A model generated the notes under the pieces. The model was not told the DNA's origin. It ran no database searches and saw only the letters and a program-made list of their open reading frames with translations. Position numbers and translations under genes: made by a program. Positions 19,619 to 26,339 of a DNA stretch of 26,339 nt are shown here, piece by piece. The stretch covers positions 1 to 26,339 of the forward strand of contig JANQHR010000093.1 in the NCBI GenBank assembly GCA_028282585.1, in the 5' to 3' direction. The stretch is from Bacteroidales bacterium (GTDB lineage: Bacteria > Bacteroidota > Bacteroidia > Bacteroidales > UBA12077). Each line of letters begins with the position of its first letter. The first letter of the stretch is position 1.

Positions 19619-19682
19619 CTAGTTTGGATCTATAGTTTAAATTACTAAATTCATGAGACTAATCCAATAAATTCAATTTTTG

Positions 19683-19701
19683 GTTGACTAAATGTTGACT
19701 A
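19683..19701. repeat. tandem direct repeat GTTGACTA x2, candidate integrase arm-type site
   Basis: GTTGACTA at 19683-19690 and 19694-19701, about 60 nt beyond the tRNA 3' end. Confidence 0.5.
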
Positions 19702-19713
19702 GATATAAAAATA

Positions 19714-19745
19714 AAAAGGTTTAATGTTTTGTCAATAAACCTTTT
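19714..19745 (-). terminator. hairpin downstream of tRNA-Ala
   Basis: AAAAGGTTTA (19714-19723) and TAAACCTTTT (19736-19745) form an inverted repeat followed by a T-run on the minus strand. Confidence 0.55.
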
Positions 19746-19759
19746 GTAGTTTAATGTTG

Positions 19760-19833
19760 TGGAGCATAGCGGAATCGAACCGCTGACCTTTTGACTGCCA
19801 GTCAAACGCTCTAGCCAACTGAGCTAATGCCCC
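19760..19833 (-). tRNA. tRNA-Ala (anticodon GGC), CCA not encoded
   Basis: Reverse complement GGGGCATTAGCTCAGTTGGCTAGAGCGTTTGACTGGCAGTCAAAAGGTCAGCGGTTCGATTCCGCTATGCTCCA; G3:U70 pair; anticodon arm TTTGA-CTGGCAG-TCAAA; T-loop GGTTCGATTCC. Confidence 0.97.
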
Positions 19834-20110
19834 ATGTTATAGATCATGTGAAAATACATTTTTTTTATTTAAAATGAAAAGTTATTTTAGCAAGCTCAAA
19901 TTATAAAGAGGAGATTAATTGAATTTAAGTTATTAAATAAACAAACATATTTTAAGTTTTTTTAACAATTTAAAGCTTGATTTCAAGAAACTTGTAGTTG
20001 TACACAACGTATAATTAATGCTCAAGAAAAATTTGACTCTATTTTTTGCATTTAAATTTTGAAAAACATTATTATATTATTTATTTTTAGGCATTCAAAA
20101 ATAAACCAAC

Positions 20111-20794
20111 ATGGAAGTTAAAAAAACAGATAAAGCTAATTTAGAGAAGAAAAGAGGCATTTTTCTTCAGTTGGGTTACGTTATCGTTCTGGGCTTAGTA
20201 CTACTAGCTTTTGAATGGGGAACAAAACCAACAAATATTAACTCATTAGGTGAGCTGGATGATTTGGATCTTGAAGAAGAAATTATTCCTATCACACGTC
20301 AGCAAAATGAACCACCTCCACCACCACCTCCACCACAAACTACTGAAGTTATTAATATCGTGGAAGACGATGTGGAAATTGAAGATGAGTTAATTTTAGA
20401 AGATACTGAAGCTGATCAGGATGATATAATTGAAATTGTTGAATTCGATGAAGAAGAAGAAGAAGTTAACGAGCAGGAAGTATTCTTTGTTGTTGAGGAC
20501 ATGCCAACTTTCCAAGGACAAAGTAGTGATGCTTTCCGTATTTACATTCAGAAAAACCTAAAATACCCTATCATTGCTCAGGAAAATGGTATTAGCGGTA
20601 GAGTTTTCGTTCAGTTCGATGTAAACGCAAAAGGTGACATCACAAATGTAGTTGTTGTTCGTGGTGTTGACCCATCTCTTGATAAAGAAGCTGTTCGCGT
20701 TGTTAAATCATCTCCTAAATGGACTCCTGGTAAACAAAGAGGACGTCCGGTTAGAGTTCGATTTACGTTCCCAATTGTATTCCAATTACAATAA
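20111..20794 (+). CDS. tonB: energy transducer TonB
   Basis: MEVKKTDKANLEKKRG, N-terminal TM, poly-Pro and acidic linker, TonB_C domain (LKYPIIAQENGISGRVFVQF...LDKEAVRVV...WTPGKQRGRPVRV). Confidence 0.93.
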   Translation: MEVKKTDKANLEKKRGIFLQLGYVIVLGLVLLAFEWGTKPTNINSLGELDDLDLEEEIIPITRQQNEPPPPPPPPQTTEVINIVEDDVEIEDELILEDTEADQDDIIEIVEFDEEEEEVNEQEVFFVVEDMPTFQGQSSDAFRIYIQKNLKYPIIAQENGISGRVFVQFDVNAKGDITNVVVVRGVDPSLDKEAVRVVKSSPKWTPGKQRGRPVRVRFTFPIVFQLQ

Positions 20795-20809
20795 TATATA
20801 TCTTAAGAT

Positions 20810-20847
20810 AAAAAATAATCCCGCTCATATAAGCGGGATTATTTTTT
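20810..20847. terminator. bidirectional intrinsic terminator between tonB and ruvC
   Basis: AAAAAATAATCCCGCT-CATATA-AGCGGGATTATTTTTT perfect hairpin between convergent genes. Confidence 0.85.
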
Positions 20848-21393
20848 TATACGACCAGGGTTTTTATTAATAAAGTCTTTCCAGCTATTAAATGTTTTTG
20901 CTGTATCAGGTACATCTGATTGATAGAAATGACACATCGCAGCAGCAAGACCATCTGTCGCATCTAAATCAGAAGGTAATTCCTTTATCTTTAGTAAACT
21001 TTTTAATAACATCGCAACCTGCTCCTTGGAAGCATTACCTTGTCCTGTAATAGACATTTTAATTTTTCGTGGAGCATATTCAAAAATTGGTATTGATCTT
21101 GATAATGCAGCAGAAATTGCCACCCCTTGTGCTCTACCTAATTTTAACATAGACTGAACGTTTTTACCATAAAATGGAGCTTCTACGGCCATCTCGTCAG
21201 GATGATATTGTTCAATAAGTGATAATACCCGCTCAAAAATCTTCTTTAATTTTGTATAGTGATCAGCGTACTTTTTTAACTCAATTACTCCTAGTGCAAT
21301 AAGATTTGCTTCTTTTCCAACAACGTTAATAATACCGTATCCCATGATAGTAGTTCCGGGATCTATTCCTAATATGACTTTTTCTTTAACCAA
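20839..21393 (-). CDS. ruvC: crossover junction endodeoxyribonuclease RuvC
   Basis: ILGIDPG, MAVEAPF, KLGRAQG, EYAPRKIK, GNASKEQV, DATDGLAAAMCH; TTG start. Confidence 0.97.
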   Translation of the reverse strand: MVKEKVILGIDPGTTIMGYGIINVVGKEANLIALGVIELKKYADHYTKLKKIFERVLSLIEQYHPDEMAVEAPFYGKNVQSMLKLGRAQGVAISAALSRSIPIFEYAPRKIKMSITGQGNASKEQVAMLLKSLLKIKELPSDLDATDGLAAAMCHFYQSDVPDTAKTFNSWKDFINKNPGRIKK

Positions 21394-21401
21394 ACTTAAA
21401 T

Positions 21402-22679
21402 TTAAATAGCACCAATTTCATCTTTAAAACTAATAATTTCCTTTATTGGTTTTCTAAAAATATCTGAAGACGATTTTAAACTTGAAAAAGAACCAGTTTC
21501 AATATGATATAATACCTCATCTAAAACCGCTTCTCCTTCTCCAAAATTATTAAATACGTCATCCTCAACATAACTATCAGCTGTTAAACCATTATAATAT
21601 CCACCATAATTATCCGCATTAACCAATTTAAATGATATCGGAACATAAACTAAATCGCTTATAGAACTTTGAATAGCATACATCCCGACCGGTTTCCCAT
21701 AAGTATCGTCACCAACAATGTATACATCCAAATAAGGTTCTAAGCTATTAATTATTACTTCACTTGCTGATGCTGATCCTTTACCTGCAATGAAATAAAC
21801 TCTATCTAATCTTAATGAACTACTATTTTGAACAAAATACGAGCTCACATTATTAAGAGACATATTGTTGTTATGTTCATATTTCACAAACAACTGTCCA
21901 TCAACATTATCAGGAATTATCAGTCCAGCCAAGTGTTCAGCAATATCAATTTGACCTCCCCCGTTATATCTTAAATCAATAACCAGTTCATCAATATTTG
22001 CGGCTCTAAAATTACTAAAAACAGTATTCAGTTCCATTTCTGATGGGCCTATAAAACTTTTAAAAAAGAAGTAACCAATTTTTTTGCCTCCAACATCAAT
22101 AACTGTTTCATTTGATACGGTATTCATAGTTACTAGCTTTTTGGTAAACTCTTCGTTAACTATTTGTCCGGTAGGAGATTCAAACTTCATTAAATTCGTT
22201 ACGCCGATTTCGTCATTTCCAAGTAAACTATTTATATCGGTATTGTCATCAACAGAAGTTCCATTTATTTCTTTAATAACCCAACCACGTTCAATTCCAT
22301 AGTTATTTAAATCAGAATCATCAAATAAAAATGTAACTCTAACATTTCCTTCTCCATCCGAAGTATAACCGAATCCATATCCAACGTAAGTTCCTTCATC
22401 ATAATATTGCGCAAAAGCATCTTTGTTAGTTATATAACTCCATTTATCTTTAGGCAGGAAGCGCATTCCTTCTAATAGTTCATCAGGAGTTGCATAATTA
22501 TCAGGTTCAACATTAGGAATGGAATCTATCCAATAATAATAATAAGACATTACATCATAAAACTCATCTGTCTGTTGTCTGTCTGTTGGATGTATTTCAT
22601 CGTTTTCGCAAGCGGTTACAAATACTAAACCAATTACTATACTTAAAAAAACTAACTTATTTAAGGTTCTTGCTTTCAT
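21402..22679 (-). CDS. S41 family peptidase lipoprotein with PDZ-like domain
   Basis: Lipobox VTAC; YYYW; DLRYNGGG; SASASE; TYGKPVG. Confidence 0.9.
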   Translation of the reverse strand: MKARTLNKLVFLSIVIGLVFVTACENDEIHPTDRQQTDEFYDVMSYYYYWIDSIPNVEPDNYATPDELLEGMRFLPKDKWSYITNKDAFAQYYDEGTYVGYGFGYTSDGEGNVRVTFLFDDSDLNNYGIERGWVIKEINGTSVDDNTDINSLLGNDEIGVTNLMKFESPTGQIVNEEFTKKLVTMNTVSNETVIDVGGKKIGYFFFKSFIGPSEMELNTVFSNFRAANIDELVIDLRYNGGGQIDIAEHLAGLIIPDNVDGQLFVKYEHNNNMSLNNVSSYFVQNSSSLRLDRVYFIAGKGSASASEVIINSLEPYLDVYIVGDDTYGKPVGMYAIQSSISDLVYVPISFKLVNADNYGGYYNGLTADSYVEDDVFNNFGEGEAVLDEVLYHIETGSFSSLKSSSDIFRKPIKEIISFKDEIGAI

Positions 22680-23560
22680 AGTTTTTTCCTCTTCATTTGT
22701 TGAATTAATATTCCTAGCACAATCAAAATTAAACCGAATATTGTAGTAATTAATATTTTTTCCTTCAAAACTATACTAATAAATACTAACGAACAAAATG
22801 GAGTTAAGTATATAAGATTTCCAATTTTATCTGTTCTACCAGCTAATTTTAATGCTTTTAACCAAATAACAAAAGTTATGCCCATTTCAAATAATCCAAT
22901 ATATACCCCGGCTAATATCCCTTGCCAACTAATTGAATAAAGATCTGAAAATATGATGGTTGTTATAAATATAAACAACATTGCAAATATAAAGTTAAGT
23001 AACAGCTTTACAATTTCGTCTCGATTATCGCGTACATTAAACAACCAAAACAATGCCCAAATTATTGAACTTCCCAATGCTAGAAATATTCCCAAAGGAT
23101 TAGAAAATTCAAAATTTATTAAATTTCCTTGCGATGAAATTAGAATAACTCCAATAAAACTTAACAATAATGCAATTGCACTTTTTAACTCGAGCTTTTG
23201 TCTTAGAATTGGAATTGACAATAATACAAGAGTTATGGGCCAAACAAAGTTTAAGGTTTGAGCTACTTGGGCAGGTAGCAATGAATAGGCAATAAACAAT
23301 ATAGTGTAGTAAAGAAAGGGATTCAAAAAACCAAGCAATAAAGATTTTCCATACTCTTTTTTTGTTTGATTTTTTAAACCACTCAAATTTCCCTGATAAA
23401 GCAACACTAGGAATAAAAAAACAATCGTAGTTAGAGTTGCTACAAACAGTAATTGAAAATAATCAACATATTTTAGTCCTATTTTAAAAGCAGATGCAGA
23501 TGTTCCCCAAAAAAAGATTGTAAAACCAGCATAAATATATGCTTTAGATTGATTTTTCAT
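22676..23560 (-). CDS. EamA/DMT family transporter
   Basis: About 10 TM helices in two repeats; FWGTSASAFK, LNFVWP, LIYLTP...LKEKI. Confidence 0.9.
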   Translation of the reverse strand: MKNQSKAYIYAGFTIFFWGTSASAFKIGLKYVDYFQLLFVATLTTIVFLFLVLLYQGNLSGLKNQTKKEYGKSLLLGFLNPFLYYTILFIAYSLLPAQVAQTLNFVWPITLVLLSIPILRQKLELKSAIALLLSFIGVILISSQGNLINFEFSNPLGIFLALGSSIIWALFWLFNVRDNRDEIVKLLLNFIFAMLFIFITTIIFSDLYSISWQGILAGVYIGLFEMGITFVIWLKALKLAGRTDKIGNLIYLTPFCSLVFISIVLKEKILITTIFGLILIVLGILIQQMKRKKL

Positions 23561-24052
23561 TTATTGCAAAGAATCAGTTAGTGTATTTTGGAAGTAATAT
23601 TCTGAATCAATAAAAGTTAAGCTTGAATCTACTCTTTCTTCTAAAAACTGAACTAATTCAAGTAATTCTGTTACCTCAATTAAATATTCTGTTTCAGAAA
23701 TATCATTATTTAAATATTCATTTCTTACTGAATTAAGTTGATCTTTTGCAAAATAAATTTCCTGTTGTATTTGAAAAGCTATTTCATTTAATTCAGTTAA
23801 ACTTTTTTCTATAAACTGATAAAAACCTAACGAGTCTGGAAGGTTTAATACTTGAATTATTGAATCTCTTTTAGTACTATCGTCTGAAATAAAATAAAGG
23901 TTTTTTGATATTTCATCAAAACTTAGTTGTAAACGACTTAAAAGACTATCTGTAACAGAAGTTAATCTATCTAAATCAGATAAATCTTTTTCTTTTTTAT
24001 TAGTACAACTTGTTGTTAATAATATAATTAATCCAATAAATAAAATCCTCAT
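23561..24052 (-). CDS. helical hypothetical lipoprotein
   Basis: MRILFIGLIILLTTSC lipobox when started at ATG 24052. Confidence 0.7.
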   Translation of the reverse strand: MRILFIGLIILLTTSCTNKKEKDLSDLDRLTSVTDSLLSRLQLSFDEISKNLYFISDDSTKRDSIIQVLNLPDSLGFYQFIEKSLTELNEIAFQIQQEIYFAKDQLNSVRNEYLNNDISETEYLIEVTELLELVQFLEERVDSSLTFIDSEYYFQNTLTDSLQ

Positions 24053-24151
24053 GATATCAGATATTATAAGGAAATAATAATACAAATAATTTTACAGATA
24101 AAAAAAGAGTAGTTATTAGAGCACTCTTCATCAAATATCATTAAACGTTGT

Positions 24152-25447
24152 TTAATCAATAATATCAAATCCAGTATATTTTCTTAATATCTCTGGAATA
24201 ACGATCCCTTCTTCAGTTTGATTGTTTTCGAGTAAAGCTGCCAAAATTCTTGGTAATGCTAATGCGCTTCCATTTAAAGTATGTGCTAATTGCGGCTTCT
24301 TTTCTCTACCTGCCGACGAGGCAGGTACCTCTTCTTTATACCTTAATCTTAATCTGTTTGCCTGGTAAGATTCAAAATTGGAAACAGAACTAACTTCTAA
24401 CCACTTTTTCTGGGCTACAGAAAACACTTCAAAATCATAGGTTAAAGCAGAAGTAAAACTTATATCACCACCACAAAGTTTTAATATTCTATAAGGCAAG
24501 TTTAATGACTGAACTAGACCTTCTACATGATTTACCATTTCATCCAATGTATCGTATGATTTTTCAGGATGTTGAAACTGAACTATTTCAACCTTATCGA
24601 ATTGATGTAAACGATTTAAACCACGAACATCTTTACCATATGAACCAGCTTCTCGTCTGAAACATGGAGTATAAGCAGTCATTTTTATTGGAAAATCTTT
24701 AGAAGATAAAATGTCTCCTCGAAAAATATTTGTAACCGGCACTTCTGCAGTTGGTATTAAATATAAATTATCAGCAGTTACGTGATACATTTGCCCCTCT
24801 TTATCCGGTAACTGACCTGTTCCAAAACCGGAATCCTCATTCACCATCAAAGGCGGCATCACTTCCATATAACCTGCTTCAATAGCCTTGTCAAGAAAAT
24901 AGCTAATTAAGGCTCTTTGTAGTTTTGCACCTTTTCCCTTGTAAACAGGGAAACCACTTCCGGTAAGTTTATTCCCTAGCTCAAAATCAATAATGCGATA
25001 TTTCTTTGCTAAATCCCAATGTGCCAAAGCATTCTCAGACAAAACAGGCATTTCTCCTCCCGCTTTTACTTCAACATTATCATCTTCTCCTTTGCCGTTG
25101 GGAACAGATTCATGCGGTAAATTCGGTATTTGAACTAATAAATCGTTCAGTTCTTTTTCAATGGATGCTAATTCATCATTTTGCGATTTAACCAAATCTT
25201 TTAACTCAGTATTTTTAGCCTTTAACACATTTGCTTCATTTACTTTTCCGCCTTTAAACAACATTCCTATTTCTTTGGATATTTTATTTAATTCTGCCTG
25301 GTTTTTATCCATGCTATTTTGAGTAGATCGACGTTTTTGGTCTAAATCCAAAATTTGATTTATTAAATCTTCAGCTTGAAAATTCTTAATATTTAATCTT
25401 TCAATAACTAAATCTTTATTCTCCTGAATGAATTTTAAGGTTAGCAT
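24152..25447 (-). CDS. serS: serine--tRNA ligase
   Basis: N-terminal coiled coil, LIPTAEVP, CFRREAGSYGKDVRGLNRLHQFDKVE, EVSSVSN, HTLNGSALALPR. Confidence 0.98.
   Translation of the reverse strand: MLTLKFIQENKDLVIERLNIKNFQAEDLINQILDLDQKRRSTQNSMDKNQAELNKISKEIGMLFKGGKVNEANVLKAKNTELKDLVKSQNDELASIEKELNDLLVQIPNLPHESVPNGKGEDDNVEVKAGGEMPVLSENALAHWDLAKKYRIIDFELGNKLTGSGFPVYKGKGAKLQRALISYFLDKAIEAGYMEVMPPLMVNEDSGFGTGQLPDKEGQMYHVTADNLYLIPTAEVPVTNIFRGDILSSKDFPIKMTAYTPCFRREAGSYGKDVRGLNRLHQFDKVEIVQFQHPEKSYDTLDEMVNHVEGLVQSLNLPYRILKLCGGDISFTSALTYDFEVFSVAQKKWLEVSSVSNFESYQANRLRLRYKEEVPASSAGREKKPQLAHTLNGSALALPRILAALLENNQTEEGIVIPEILRKYTGFDIID
24305..24327. repeat. short palindromic REP-like element inside serS
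   Basis: TACCTGCC-GACGA-GGCAGGTA (24307-24327) perfect 8-bp stem, GC-rich; shares CTGCCGAC(G)AGGCAGG with the rplU leader element. Confidence 0.7.
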
Positions 25448-25477
25448 ATGTTGAAAATGAATGGTTTATAAATAAAA

Positions 25478-25520
25478 AATCTCCTAAGTTTTTACTACAT
25501 AATAGTAAAATCAGGAGATT
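25478..25520 (-). terminator. hairpin/terminator after rpmA
   Basis: AATCTCCT...TTTTACTA-CATAA-TAGTAAAA...AGGAGATT followed by a T-run on the minus strand. Confidence 0.65.
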
Positions 25521-25540
25521 CAAAATTAAGTAAAAATCTT

Positions 25541-25801
25541 TTATTCTTCGAAAGGAATAACCGATACGTATGATTTATTCCCTTGTTTTTTTCTAAATTC
25601 GATTTTACCATCAACTAAAGCAAATAATGTGTGGTCCTTACCCATACCAACATTTTCGCCAGGATAGTGTTTAGTTCCTCGCTGACGAACGATAATGTTA
25701 CCAGCTTTCGCATTTTGTCCGCCATATAATTTTACACCTAATCGTTTACTTTCCGATTCGCGACCGTTACGTGAACTACCAGCTCCTTTCTTATGTGCCA
25801 T
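25541..25801 (-). CDS. rpmA: 50S ribosomal protein L27
   Basis: [24 protein letters not shown]...[10 protein letters not shown]...GKDHTLFAL. Confidence 0.99.
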   Translation of the reverse strand: MAHKKGAGSSRNGRESESKRLGVKLYGGQNAKAGNIIVRQRGTKHYPGENVGMGKDHTLFALVDGKIEFRKKQGNKSYVSVIPFEE

Positions 25802-25817
25802 TTCTAAATATTTTTAA

Positions 25818-26132
25818 TTATTCTGTAATAATGTCTTCTACTTGAATTTGGGTAAACTGTTGACGATGTCCGTTTAACTTTTTATACCCCTTTCTTCTTT
25901 TCTTTTTGAAAACAAGCACTTTGTCACCTTTTTGGTGAGCTAAAATCTTAGCGGAAATTTTTGCAGCCTTCACGGTAGGTTTTCCGACTTTTACCTTTCC
26001 GTCATTATCTAACAACAGCACTTTATCGAACTCTACAGTTGATCCTTCTTCTTCCTCTAAACGATGAACAAAAATCTTACTGTCTTTTTCTACTTTAAAC
26101 TGTTGACCTGCTATCTCTACAATTGCGTACAT
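25818..26132 (-). CDS. rplU: 50S ribosomal protein L21
   Basis: [14 protein letters not shown]...[24 protein letters not shown]; adjacent to rpmA. Confidence 0.99.
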   Translation of the reverse strand: MYAIVEIAGQQFKVEKDSKIFVHRLEEEEGSTVEFDKVLLLDNDGKVKVGKPTVKAAKISAKILAHQKGDKVLVFKKKRRKGYKKLNGHRQQFTQIQVEDIITE

Positions 26133-26150
26133 CTATTAAATTTTTAACAG

Positions 26151-26189
26151 CCTGCCTGTCCTCCTTCAGAGGATAGATCGGCAGACAGG
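26151..26189. repeat. palindromic REP-like element with nested hairpin in the rplU 5' UTR
   Basis: Minus strand reads CCTGTCTGCC-GA-TCTATCCTCTGAAGGAG-GA-CAGGCAGG. Confidence 0.65.
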
Positions 26190-26212
26190 TTCTTATACAT
26201 TTTTTGGGAATG

Positions 26213-26243
26213 CAAAAATATAAAAGTTTATCTGATTCACAAA
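26213..26243 (-). promoter_or_regulatory. Bacteroidota housekeeping-sigma promoter of rplU-rpmA
   Basis: TTTG (26243-26240), 19-nt spacer, TATTTTTG (26220-26213) matches the -33/-7 consensus TTTG-N19-21-TAnnTTTG. Confidence 0.8.
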
Positions 26244-26339
26244 CAATTAATCGTTTTATTTTTAAATCTGATAATAATAAATCGCAAATCAGACGCAAAT
26301 ATATGATAAAAACCTAATTTTGATGAACTAATCTCGGCA

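Larger units (their letters stand above)
1..19759. mobile_element. putative tRNA-Ala-integrated genomic (defence) island; left end outside the window
   Basis: Begins at the tRNA 3' end with a hairpin and arm-like repeats; contains only accessory genes (resolvase, nucleases, proteases, hypotheticals); housekeeping genes resume beyond the tRNA. No integrase or att duplicate seen in the window. Confidence 0.65.

Noticed and set aside
20312-20335. CCA/CCT trinucleotide run
   Set aside because: Encodes the normal TonB poly-proline linker.
1562-25191. Short shadow ORFs (1562, 2338, 2689, 4294, 4327, 4575, 5431, 9031, 11251, 14387, 18266, 20652, 22084, 22953, 25006)
   Set aside because: All lie antisense to, or out of frame within, well-supported genes and show no recognisable motifs.
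26095-26298. 67-aa ORF upstream of rplU
   Set aside because: It spans the rplU promoter and the palindromic leader element and overlaps rplU out of frame.
1-26339. CRISPR array, IS transposase, integron integrase, prophage structural genes
   Set aside because: No regularly spaced repeats and no such protein motifs were seen in the window.

Overview
AT-rich Bacteroidota (Bacteroidales/Marinilabiliales-like) chromosomal segment in two parts. Right part (about 19.8-26.3 kb) is core genome: tRNA-Ala(GGC), a TonB energy transducer, ruvC, an S41 lipoprotein peptidase, an EamA/DMT transporter, a lipoprotein, serS, rpmA and rplU. Left part (1 to about 19.75 kb) is accessory DNA abutting the tRNA-Ala 3' end, probably a tRNA-integrated defence/conflict island whose integrase and far end lie outside the window. 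It carries an OLD-family ATPase-TOPRIM nuclease; a tight three-gene operon (4-TM protein, Nal1-like trypsin protease, secreted helical/beta protein); a serine resolvase; NucS-like and DUF559-like nucleases; an IetA-like AAA ATPase and IetS-like S8 peptidase arranged tail-to-tail; and two zinc-ribbon membrane proteins. The most unusual signals are (i) a short GC-rich palindromic element that appears inserted in frame (21 nt, 7 aa) in serS, with a related copy containing a nested hairpin in the rplU leader; (ii) the convergent ietAS pair; (iii) the unnamed membrane/protease/secreted operon; and (iv) eroded attC-like half-sites at gene boundaries across the island. All calls come from reading the sequence and recalling motifs; no database searches were run.
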